The notes under the pieces are model-generated. The model had not been told where the DNA came from. It did not search any database and was given only the letters and a program-made list of their open reading frames with translations. Below, piece by piece: positions 27,101 to 37,500 of a stretch of DNA of 64,000 nt. The stretch is from Hydrolagus colliei. Its lineage: Eukaryota. Position numbers and translations under genes: made by a program. Where the stretch lies: positions 15,438,001 to 15,502,000 of the forward strand of contig CM068757.1 of NCBI GenBank assembly GCA_035084275.1, read 5' to 3'. Position 1 is the stretch's first letter. Every line of letters starts with the position of its first letter.

Positions 27101-30100
27101 GTGGCACCAGATAAGTATTTTTACAAAATTTTGAATCTTTCCAGAAAGCAGTTCGAGTCCAACAGAATGCTAAGATACCAAGAATTGTTTATATGTGGAG
27201 TGCTGTAAATTAAAAATTTGCAGGAAAAAAAGTCTATACCAATTGGATAAACCAGGCAAGTTCACACTGGAGAAGAGAAGATTGAGGGGACATATTATTA
27301 TGATCTTTAAGATTCTGAAGGGAATAGATAACGTAGACCATGATACGCTGTTTTATCTTGTACTTAACAGTAGAACTAGAGAATATGGCCTGTGATTGAA
27401 GGCAAGGTCAATTCATAACAAATCTGTGGAAACCTCACGACAGCGATTGAGTAGTAAAGGTGGATTTCTGCTAGAGTATAATATTTCACGATACAGTAAC
27501 TGTGTATAATTTTGGACACAATATGTCAATCGACTGCCAGGATGGTGGAAGGATAAATAGATGTTCTTATGTACAATGGAGGCTGAGACAGCCCAAACCA
27601 CTCACACACAAACTCAGTTACTGTCTTCAAAGCAGCAAAGGCACAATGCTAGGGGCAAAGCCTGTATGCTTTGTAAAGGGAGAACATTATCCAACAAATG
27701 AGGGAGGAAATTGAAGAAGAAATACAACATTCATCTTTACAAGTTTCTTTTCAAGTAAAAATTTCCAACAAATATGCTTAGTGGCTTAATATTGATTGTT
27801 GCATAAATCCATTCACACAGTTGTCCATGCCAAATGTTTGTACCATGATAGCATCGTCTCCATTCCACATGAAAGTCAGACCGATTTTTGCTGTCACACG
27901 GATGTAAATATTGATTTGTTCTATCATGACGCCAGATTGACTGTAGGGCAGTGTCACTCTGGTGAAAAAAAACATTAAACCTCACTTTTATGCATACTTT
28001 CAAATTCATTGCTTTTTTGACCTGGTATTTATTAAAAAAAAGTGAATTTCCTATTTAATTTGCTTTCGTTAGAGTAAAGAACAATAACAACAACAAAATT
28101 ACACTTGTATAGAGCCTTTCATGTCAGGAGGATGTCCCAAGGTGCTGAAGATTGGGTAAGAAGGAGAACACTGTGGAGCTCCTGTGGCTCAGTGGTTAGA
28201 GCACTTGTCTTGAAAGCTGGGGAGACCAAGCTGGGGAGACCTGTGTTCGAATCCAGGCAGGTCAGGGCAAAACCTTGGGCAAATTCCTTGCTCCACACGC
28301 CTAATAATAATCCCTCCAAAATAAATCCACAATAATAAAATTAGTCATTTTAATCCACGACTGTTTGTGTGACACTGCTAGGCACAATTAGCTGCTGAGA
28401 TTCACCCACAAATACATAGTCAATTCACTTTACAGTATATTCTGTGAAGCGCTTTGGGACGTCGATAAGGTGTGAAAAGTGCTATATCAAATGCAAGGAT
28501 TATAAATTGACTGTTTATTTCTGGGTGAAATGCAGCAGCCAGTTGCATACAGCATGCACTCAGCAGTATCCCACAAACAGTCGTGGATTGAAGTGATCAA
28601 TTTATTATTGTTTTCCTTGAGGGTTTATCAGGCGTGTGGAGTAAAGAAACTTACCCATGGTTTTGCCCTTCCTGGAATCAAACCCAGTCTCTCACTTGTA
28701 AGGCCCTAACTACTGAGCTACAGAACTCCATGAATTCATAAGGTTTTCCTCCCAATTGAGAAATAGATACGCGGATTTTCAATGAGAATAAAACGTATAA
28801 AAGTGAGAGGACCTGGGTTTGATTCCCGAGTGGGACAAAACCGGTCACCACACTTTAGGTAGGATGTTAATGCAATGGAAAGGGTGCAGAGGAGATTTAC
28901 CAGGATGATATCGGAAATGATTTATATTTTATTCAGTTATGAGGAAACGCTAGAGAGACTAGGTTTATTCTCATTGGAATAGAGAAGGTTACGAGGAGAC
29001 TTGAGGGGGTTCGATAGGGTAAACCAGGGAAAACGGTTTCCACTGGTGGGTGTGTTAGTGACCCAAGTTCACAGATTTAAAATAGTTTCTGAAAGAAGCG
29101 GGGTGGTGAGGAATTTTTTTTTCACTCAATGAGTTGTTCGAATCTGGAATGTATTGCCTGAAAAGGTGGTGGAAGCCGATTCGATAACAACTTTTAAACG
29201 AGAGGTAGATGTTTATTTGGGGGAGGATGGGTTTGCGCGGTTATGGGGAGAGAGCTGGGGAGTGGGATTGAATTGCTCTTTTCAAAGAGCCGGTACAGAC
29301 TCGATGGGCCGAATGGCCTCCTTTTGACTGCAAGATTCTATGATGAAAACCTAAGGCAAATTTCCTCACTCTAAACACCTCTGGTTACCTAGATTTGATC
29401 TCTGAAGCCACGACTGTTTGTGGGATACTGTTGTAGGCAATTGGTTGTCATGTTTTGCCCACAAAATACACAGTCAATCGACTTCACAATTATATTCTGT
29501 GAAGTACTTTGAGACATCTCAATGATGCGCTATATCAAATGCAAGGATTGTTATTATTAACAGGGGAATAAGCTAGTGGTGATGTTGAATGGCAATTCTG
29601 CAGTTTTTACTTGGTTAAATTTTTGCAGTCTGTGGGAATGGGGCTGAATACCCTCATTTAGACCCACATACATTCACTAGTGAATGACTGCTGGCAGGAG
29701 TGAGATTGCGAGGCCACACCATGGACACTGCAGCTCCATACCTATTCACCAAAGAGCCAAGCCTCTTGTCCAATGTCACAGAGGCTAACCTAACTGTTAC
29801 TATAGTTTCATTGTGATAGACTGCAGATGTCCCCCACACATAATTTCTACACCTTGCTTCGGATTGTGCTCAACTCCCACTCTAAAACACAAAATGAAAA
29901 ACATTTGTAAAATGCAAACTACTTACATAGTTCCATCCACCGCAATGGTTGAATTAATTATTGCAATAACTAATCCTTCTATTTTCATGACAATCTGACT
30001 GACTTTTGGATGAGCATCTACAATAACACGTTTTATCTGGATGTTGAATTCCTCATAAGTATTTAAACAATCGGAAGCCAGGACGTAATTGCAGAGTCCG

Positions 30101-31834
30101 GGGAAATTGTAAACATCCCCATCAAAGGTCTTAAAGTGGAAATTTCCCCAGGAGCTGCACACGTGATCATTGTGGGCAGGATTATGACCTAGGAATCAAA
30201 CATAATAGATATTTTAAGAATACAAAAGTATAATAGGACAAATAAACACACACGTCGGCGGGCTATCCTGTCGGAACATACTTTAAGGATTGAATGTAGA
30301 ATATACTTGTATAATTAAATGGGAAAAGGAATGTATTCTAAATGCTTCTATTAAATGAATGACTTACTTGAAAAAGTTGTCATGCCTGGAATGGTCATCG
30401 TTGTATCAGGTGGAAAAAATTCCGTTACCAGATCTAAAGAAAAACAGGATATTAAATGTGAAGTATATCTTAATTGAAGGCTATTTTCACTAACAGGCTA
30501 ATTTATATTTGAGTTGTACAATGCCAAGACTGAATAAAATGATCACATGAAATACAGTGTGAACTAATTAGCATTAAGCTAATGCCACAAGCTCCTTCTT
30601 AAATACCTCTTATTTGTTTTCTCAGCTTAACAATAACGCATGACTTTGAATTCATGTAGTAATGTGCAGCTTACCAGTGGAAAGTTCTGTGAAGTTTCAT
30701 CATATTTGTTCAGTTTGGACCATTATAGCTAGCTACTACCAATAATATTAATATTAGTACAATAATCCATGCATACTTGGGATTTGATATGCAAGGATTA
30801 TTATCTCTGATTATAATTTCTGATTATTCAGAGATGTCTGAATCTTCACATCACAGCCTAGTAACCATCAATATTTGCTAGATGTATGTCATAGTCGGGT
30901 GTCCTGGCCATCAATCCTCAAATAGAATTGGTGACTCACTCCATGGCTGTTTGTGGGATATTGCAATGTGCAACTGGCTGCAACATTTTGCCCCGCAAAA
31001 TAAATAGTCACTCCACTTTAGTATAGCCTGTGAAGTGATTTGATGTCGCAATGACTTGCTGAGGCACTACATCAAATGCAAGGATTATTATTACTACAAC
31101 AAAATCCATAGGATTTAAAATATATCCTGTGAATTACTTTGAGATGTCCTCCTCATGTATAAGCAACTACATCAAATGCAAAGGTTATTATTAGCAGTAG
31201 CAGATATCAGATTGTAACTGAATGAATAATGTATTTTTAATAAAGCATAAGCATATCGCAGAAAAATGAAGGTGTTAATGATCATTAATAAATGTAATAA
31301 ATTCTTCAAGATGAGACTCCGAAGCGCCTGAAATATTCAATTAAACATTTTTTAAACCAGAATTTACATAGAGAAATCAATACAGATAAAACTGAATTTG
31401 TATAATTGGAATAACATTAATTCTAATGACTTGCATTAATTCATAAGAATGTGCAATTAATTTTCAAAAAGATTCAGCAAACCATTCTAATAGAATCTAT
31501 ATTTAGTGCTGATGCCAAAATGCTCCCATTAGGGACATCAGATTAAGGCTATTCAGACTGCTGTTACTGCTTAATCATAACATTAACGTTACAAGATTAT
31601 ATAAAAAGTAATACGTCCAAACCAACAAAACAATTAGCTTTAACAATTTCTGAACATTTGTACATTAGTCATTGATAAATCTGTATCTGTATCTAAACCA
31701 CATGATACTTGAAACTACCAAAGTATTTTTTATTTTAAAATAGGAAAACTCTTCTTACGTTGAGAAGCCATGGGGCTGTAAGAGCAGACAATCAGTATAA
31801 GGATCCCTATCGATGCATCTCTGCTTGTCCCCAT
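1..31834 (-). CDS. MUC5-like (MUC5AC/MUC5B-type) gel-forming mucin, 5' part: 30-31 exons, central exon runs off the window start
   Basis: Hand-traced in-frame exons: 31759-31834, (30675-30686?), 30368-30433, 29927-30188, 27844-27958, 26428-26515, 26229-26338, 25756-25975, 25518-25643, 24479-24596, 23347-23485, 22362-22472, 22180-22249, 21472-21609, 21196-21360, 20753-20847, 19646-19772, 18161-18414, 18006-18058, 17821-17921, 16972-17123, 16709-16847, 15607-15717, 15196-15375, 14015-14254, 13346-13502, 11582-11710, 10594-10741, 7234-7277, 6906-7127, <1-6133. Motifs [23 protein letters not shown] and [19 protein letters not shown]...REVYPC resemble MUC5AC/5B; many CysD domains. Orthology to 5AC versus 5B is not resolved. 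Confidence 0.92.
216..5345 (-). other. Seven type-A CysD domains (216-512, 861-1157, 1557-1853, 2253-2549, 2949-3245, 3738-4034, 5049-5345)
   Basis: [13 protein letters not shown](Y/S)[21 protein letters not shown](N/D)[13 protein letters not shown]...[36 protein letters not shown], with the WxxW and GGDFET CysD signatures. Confidence 0.95.
4338..5969 (-). other. Two type-B CysD domains (4338-4634, 5673-5969)
   Basis: [51 protein letters not shown]...[21 protein letters not shown](N/D)[10 protein letters not shown](A/T)AC. Confidence 0.95.
7664..10025 (-). mobile_element. 5'-truncated, degenerate CR1-clade LINE (endonuclease C-terminal part plus reverse transcriptase)
   Basis: ORF fragments DLVLGNE...[66 protein letters not shown]; (GATTCTAT)n-type 3' tail near 7665-7685; stops and frameshifts. 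Confidence 0.95.
10594..16847 (-). CDS. Exons for the D3 assembly (VWD3, C8-3, TIL3, E3) of the MUC5-like mucin
   Basis: [79 protein letters not shown]. The CECFC and CxWHY motifs, which carry the D3 intermolecular cysteines in MUC2, are present. Confidence 0.93.
12110..12781 (+). mobile_element. L2-clade LINE 3' fragments
   Basis: Degenerate RT sequence (TATGAGGATGATACCCATCT, YADD-like), CTCTGGAATTCCAT motif, tail GGCGCTATACAAATGTAATTTTGTTGTTG. Similar L2 ends lie near 6300-6370, 15985-16258, 38130-38675, 43750-43990, 44400-44600 and 50880-51430. Confidence 0.75.
16972..23485 (-). CDS. Exons for the D2 assembly and D' (VWD2, C8, TIL) of the MUC5-like mucin
   Basis: [102 protein letters not shown]; GT-AG boundaries in phase. 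Confidence 0.93.
18720..19062 (-). mobile_element. Full-length tRNA-derived Deu-domain SINE
   Basis: tRNA-like head with A/B boxes (AGCTCAGTGGTTAGAG; GGTTTGATTTCC), Deu-like core GTGTGCAATTGGCTGC, tail CAAATGCAAGAATTATTATT. Confidence 0.85.
22839..23104. repeat. Perfect 133-bp intronic tandem duplication
   Basis: TAGAAAGGATTACTAG...GGTACTCAAGCATA at 22839 and again at 22972. Confidence 0.95.
24479..30188 (-). CDS. Exons for the D1 assembly (VWD1, C8-1, TIL1) of the MUC5-like mucin
   Basis: [90 protein letters not shown]. Confidence 0.93.
24855..25167 (+). mobile_element. Full-length tRNA-derived Deu-domain SINE
   Basis: GAGTCCTGTAGCTCAGTGGTTAGAGCA head, GCTGTGCGCAAATGG core, GCGCTATATCAAATGCAAGGATTATTATT tail. 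Further copies near 34213-34515(+), 47108-47399(-) and 55996-56270(+). Confidence 0.88.
28173..28730. mobile_element. Two SINE copies in inverted, tail-to-tail arrangement (28173-28503 plus; about 28505-28730 minus)
   Basis: The plus copy ends ATCAAATGCAAGGATTAT; a reverse-complement core and head (CTGAGCTACAGAACTCC) follow directly. Confidence 0.8.
28843..29345 (+). mobile_element. CR1 3' fragment inserted into a SINE (host about 28800-29558)
   Basis: CR1 3' end with GATTCTATGATG tail, flanked by AAAACC at 28837-28842 and 29346-29351; the SINE resumes after the insertion. Confidence 0.85.
31759..31834 (-). CDS. Exon 1 (signal peptide) of the MUC5-like mucin
   Basis: ATG at 31834: [25 protein letters not shown] with a hydrophobic core, then donor C|GTAAG. 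Confidence 0.85.
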
Positions 31835-31899
31835 CTTGGACAAAGCTTGGGAACAGTTAGCGATGCCACAGCAAGGTGCAGGTCACCTGCGGCTCAGTC

Positions 31900-31906
31900 T
31901 TTTATA
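31900..31906 (-). promoter_or_regulatory. TATA box of the MUC5-like gene
   Basis: TATAAAA on the minus strand, about 70 nt upstream of the ATG. Confidence 0.75.
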
Positions 31907-32359
31907 CAAGAAAGTAGCTGGCACAGTACCCAGATTGCTAAAGTCTTCAGGGTGGAGCTCCCAAATGCTTCACTTAGTTGTACCCTAATTGTAAACAGTA
32001 AGACATTGCAAGGGGTCTGATTTCTGAAATTCTTTGGTAGCTATTGTTTGCTAAATGGGAGTTTGAACTTTGTAATTTATTTCCTCGACAAAAAGAAAGT
32101 TTATTGGGAAACTACAGTGATTCAAATCAAAGCGTCATTGCCTTTACTTTATGAAGTGATTGGGCAAATTTATAAAAAATCAATATTGTATTTCTTATGT
32201 TAAATAACATCAACCGGCTCTGAACAATACAAGGCGTTGACATTAACTATGGTATTAGTAGATGTTTAATCACCAGCACATACTTCTGCATTGCATTTCA
32301 CTATAACTAATACCATCCTTACAAGTTTTTCCTTTCCAAGTACTGTACCTATCTAATTT

Positions 32360-34590
32360 GTTATTGAATCTGTTTCCATTACCCTTTCAGGCAGTACATT
32401 ACAGAGCTTAACAAATTTCTCTGGGTAAAAAAATTCTCCACATCTCCCCTCTGGTTCTTTTGCCAATTATTTTGAATCCATGTGCCCTTGTTATCAACCC
32501 ATCTGTGAATGAAAACAGTTTCTCTATCTGCTCTATCAAAATGCCTAATTGAGAACACCTCTATTAAATCTCCTCTTAAACTTCTCTGCTCTACGGAGAA
32601 CAATCCCATCTTCTCCAGTCTCTCCACATAACTAAAGCCACTCATCCATGGTATCATTCTGGTAAACCTCTGCATGTTCTCCACGGCTAGAGTATTGTGT
32701 ACAATTCTGGTCACCACACTTTAGGAAGGATGTTAAGGCATTGGAAATGGTGCAGAGGAGATTTACCAGGATGGTACCAGGAATGAGGGACTTCAGCTAT
32801 GAGGAAAGGCTAGGGAGGCTAGGTTTATTCTCATTGGAACAGAGAAGGTTAGGAGGAGACCTAATAGAGATTTTTAAGATCATGAGGGGATTCGACAGAG
32901 TAGATAAGGAAAAACTGTTTCCACTGGTGGGTGTATCAGTGACTCGTGGTCACAGATTTAAAATAGTTTCAAAAAGAAGCAGAGGGAAGATGAGGAGAAA
33001 TGTTTTCACCCAGTGAGTTGTTCGAATCTGGAATGCATTGCCTGAAAAGGTGGTGGAGGCCGATTCGAAAGCAACTTTTAAAGGAGAGGTAGACATTTAT
33101 TTGGGGAGGACAGGTTTGCATGGTTATGGGGAGAGAGCTGGAGAGTGGGGTTAAATTGCTCTTTTTAAATTGCCGGCACAGACGTGATGGGCCGAATGGC
33201 CTCCTTTTGTGCCGTAAGATTCTATGATTCTATAATAAGGCATTGATGACCTTCCTAAAATGTAAGCCAAGCATTGGACACGATACTCCAGCTGCAGCCT
33301 AACCAGTGACTTATAAAGGTTTGAAAGAACGTCCCTGCTTTTGTACTCTGTGACTATTTATAAAGCCAAGGATCCCAATTTTTTTTAATCAAGAAAGGAA
33401 TATATGTGCAAGGCGCATAGCTTGAAGCTTGGAAAAAACAGGAAGGCATTAGACAAAGCTGTCATGAACCAAGAACCAGATGATCGCCTGAGCAAAGAAA
33501 GGCCTCTCAAAATACTTGTGATAAGAAGGAAGTAGCAGTGCTCTAAATGCAAGGTTAAGATTAAGGGAAGTAACCCACTGTGAAACTAACAATAGAATAA
33601 ATAATGTATAAAGAGATAAGAGCAGAACTGTATGAAATGGGAGGCCCACAGGAAGGCGGTCAAGCAAGTACCATCCAAACTGGGTGATTAGAAGATGAGT
33701 GGCACACGGACATAGAGTATAGAATCAACACTCCAGATCGGGGATAAAAGACGTGGTGAGAGAGTTAAGCAGAATAAGACTTGATACCAAGAGCAGCAAC
33801 GACTGGATAGAAGGAATGCCTTTCTCCAACCAGAAGCAACTTCAGGGTATAGTGGCAGGTAATATGGGTTTGTGTTGCTGTGCTTGTTAAACCTATATGC
33901 TAACATGATAATACAATATCAATGTTCATGCATGGAATGTAAGTTGCATGTTTGAATAAATCTTACGAAACTTTGATGATCTTGTGTGTTTAAACTCTTA
34001 TTGAATAAACTGAGACAATTCTACATTCCTACAACCTATCCTACGACCCTCAAAGACCTGTCTTTGTGAACCCCCAGATCTCCCTGCTTCTGAACCCCTT
34101 TTAAAATTGTACTATTTACTGTATATATTGCGCCTGGTGTCCTGATGTGGAAGCAGAATATTCCCAGCAAGTATCTTTGGTAGAACCAATTAATGCTGAT
34201 TACAGGTTAACTTGGGGAGTCTTGTAGCTCAGTGGTCAGAGCATTCACCTCACAAGCGAGAGACCTGGGTTCAATTCACTGTAGGGCGAAACCTCGGGCA
34301 AATTTCCTTACTCCACATGCCTGATAATAATGCCGCACACAAAAATAAATAAATTGGTCACTGCAATCCACGATTGTTCGTGAGACATTGCTGTACGCAA
34401 TTTAGCTGCCGTGTTATGCACACAAATGTAGTCAATTCACTTTAGTATTTTCCGTGAAGTGCTTTGAGACATCTAGAAGGTGTGAAAAGCGCTGTATCAA
34501 ATGTATTATTATTATCTGCTCATTCTCCTTCCAAAATGCATCACCTCACACTTCTCTGCATTAAACGTCATCTGCCCATTTTACCAGTCT
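32360..34590 (-). mobile_element. Older CR1 fragment interrupted by several younger insertions
   Basis: RFTRMIP...LFSVEQRSLRGDLIEVF ORF. Collinear CR1 sequence resumes near 33235-33378, 34030-34125 and 34515-34590. Confidence 0.75.
32690..33232 (+). mobile_element. Well-preserved CR1 3' fragment nested in the older antisense CR1
   Basis: [37 protein letters not shown]...TRGHRFK; tail GATTCTATGATTCTAT. Confidence 0.92.
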
Positions 34591-37500
34591 GTCAACATCC
34601 TCCTGCAGTCTGCTGGACAGGTTGATATCTGTTTAGCAAGTCACAGAGGTAGGAAGGAGCACGGCAATGGGGGGCCTTGAAGGCAAGGATGAAGATTTTT
34701 AATTCCAATCTCTGGGTGTTAGGGAGCCAGTGGAGCCGGGAGAGTATGGGGTTGATAGGGTCATGGAGACTGGTGCAGGAGAAATCACGAGCTGTAGAGT
34801 TCTGAATGATCAGCAGCTTGTGGAGGGGAGAGTTGTGAAAGCCATCAAGCATAAAATTTTGAACATTCAAAATTCACCAAACACAAACATTTAAAATAAT
34901 GTCTATTTTAATATTTGATTACTGTTTCAAGTATTGGTGGGAACGAAGCATCAGTGAGGATTGAAATGGTGTGATTTGGGGTATTTTGTTGGTTAACTCT
35001 CAGCTACTTAATTGTAATAATTGGCATCATCGCTTTTTAAGCCTCCAGTCTCTCTGCCCTCACCTTTGGAACTCCATCCCACTGACCCTTCACCTTCAAG
35101 GCATGTTTCAAGATCCTCCTCTTCATCCGTGCCTTAATAACCACAAAATGATGCTTGTATAGTGCCTTTCATGTCAGGACGTCCCCAGGTGTTGGACAGT
35201 CATTGTTTCAGATCTGAACTGGGGTCAGTGACGGGGAGGTTCGAGGGAAAGGAGGGTGACCAAGTCAAAAAGGAGGGTTTTGAGGTGGGACTTGAACAAA
35301 GCTAGGGATGGGGCAAGGCAGAGGAACTGCGTGATAGAGTTCCAGAGGTTGGGTGCAGAGTGGCTGAAGGCTTGCCCGCTAATGGTGGGGCGAGTGGGTT
35401 GGGGGACATCGAGCAGGATGGAGCCTGCTGAATGGAGGGCCGGGCAAGTTGATAGGGGATTAGGAGGTCACAGAGGTAGGGTTGGGCGAGGTCATAGAGG
35501 GCTTCGAAGGTGAGGATCAGGATCTTTAATTGAATCCTCTGGTTGATAGGGAGCCAACGGAGTCAGGCTTTGCCTTCCCCACCTCGGGAACATCACCTGG
35601 CTCCACAATTGTCTCACATCCTTTCATAACATCTAGGCTCGACCATGCAAAATCCCTGCTCATTGGTCTCCCCAATTCCTCCCTCCATAGGCTAAAGATG
35701 ATCTAGAGCTCTGCAGCCCACATCAGGCTCCATGACCCTATTACCCCCATTCTCATCCGACTCCACTAGCTTCCCGAATCCACTGGCTACACAGAGGATA
35801 CAGTTCAAGGATACCTTCAAAGCCCTCCGTGGCCTTGATCCTCCCCTCTGCAACCTCCTAAATCCCCTACCAACTCCGGCCTGATCACGGCATCCGTCCC
35901 ACCTTGTTCACCCTTTTGAATGCCTTCATAATTTTGAAAACTTCTATTAAGTCTTCTCTTACCCTTCTTTGCTTCAAGGAGAATAATCCTAGCTTCTATA
36001 GCCTCTCCTCATAACTGAAGTTCCTGAATCCTCGTACCGTCCTGGTAAATTGCTTTGCACCCTCACATCCTTGTCAAGCCTTGACATCCTTCCTAAAGTG
36101 TGATACCCAGAACTGAATCTACAGATCTATGAGTCTCAGTCAGCGATGCAAAGTAGATGTGGAAAATAGAGGAATTTGATCTCTGGTTCAAGAGAAATAT
36201 TTTGTACCCTATTATCATTATTTTTAGGAGTATTAAATTATGTGCATTTTAATTAATTCGTTATTTATTTCACTTTCATTGCTGTTGTTTTCGTGATTTT
36301 TTGCATGAAATTTGCATGATTTTTTACATTGCCTATTTCAAGTTTGTACTGGATCTAAAATATAAATGAAATGAAGTAACACAGTTACACCACCTAAAAC
36401 ATAGGATTTCTATATGATTCTTGTGGGTAATGTTTCTGGAAAAGAAACACAAAAATATTGCTTTTGTGGCCCATGGATATTTCTTAAAATGGCATCTGGC
36501 ATTTAGCATCCAAAAGGTTGGACACCCTAATCACTCTTTGTATTTTTGTTTCCAAAATTTAACCAGAAATTAGACACTACTATTTAGCTATGTTGTTTAC
36601 ATAATTTTACTATTAACATCAATTACATGTTCCTTTGTAAATGAAAAAGATGGTAATTTTCAATATTGGTTACATAAGTTCAATCTGTCACAAAAGAAAC
36701 AAGAGCATTCATTAGAAACTCATTAGGTGGTAGAACTTTATCTGTTTTTGCATTGGCCAGACTTGTCTTGCAAGCAATAATAATCCATACATTTGATAAA
36801 GCGAGTTGTCACATCATCGAGACATCTACAAGTGCTTTAAACAATATTCTGTGAACATAAATGTATAAGTTATGGGCAAAATAGTCAATCACCTATGCAT
36901 ATGACCATCATTGTAACTGAACATGGTAGACAGGAATTATGTACGTATTAAATAATTAACCAATTCAAAAACTAGGAACAACTGGAGGCCATTCAGCCTG
37001 TTCTGCTAGTTTACTTGCCTTCAAAAATACACAGTCACTGCACTTTACAGTAATTTTCCTGTGAAGGGCTCTGAAACATCCTCCTGATGTGAAAACTAGT
37101 CTACCAAATGCAATGATAATTATTATTCTATCATGACAAATCTTTTAAATCCATGTTTTCCTGCTTTTCTTCATATCCCTCAATATCCTTATTGGTCTTT
37201 TAACATACCAATAGATTTTACAGGTTTTGTGATATCACATTCTCACAACCCATTGTTTCGCAAAATGTTTTTAATCTCAATTCTAATTCATTTAACTCGT
37301 TTTATTACCCCTTCTTTTGGAACCTGTACTGATTGATCAGTTCTTTTTGGATTGTTTGCGATATATCATAGAGAGGATTACATTATTTGCATTTTGGTTA
37401 TTTCACAACTAGAAACAAATGACTCAATACAAAATTACGTGGGTGGTCAGGGCTGAACCAGGAACAGGATCCTGTTGTGAAATGTTACTATAGAAGTACA

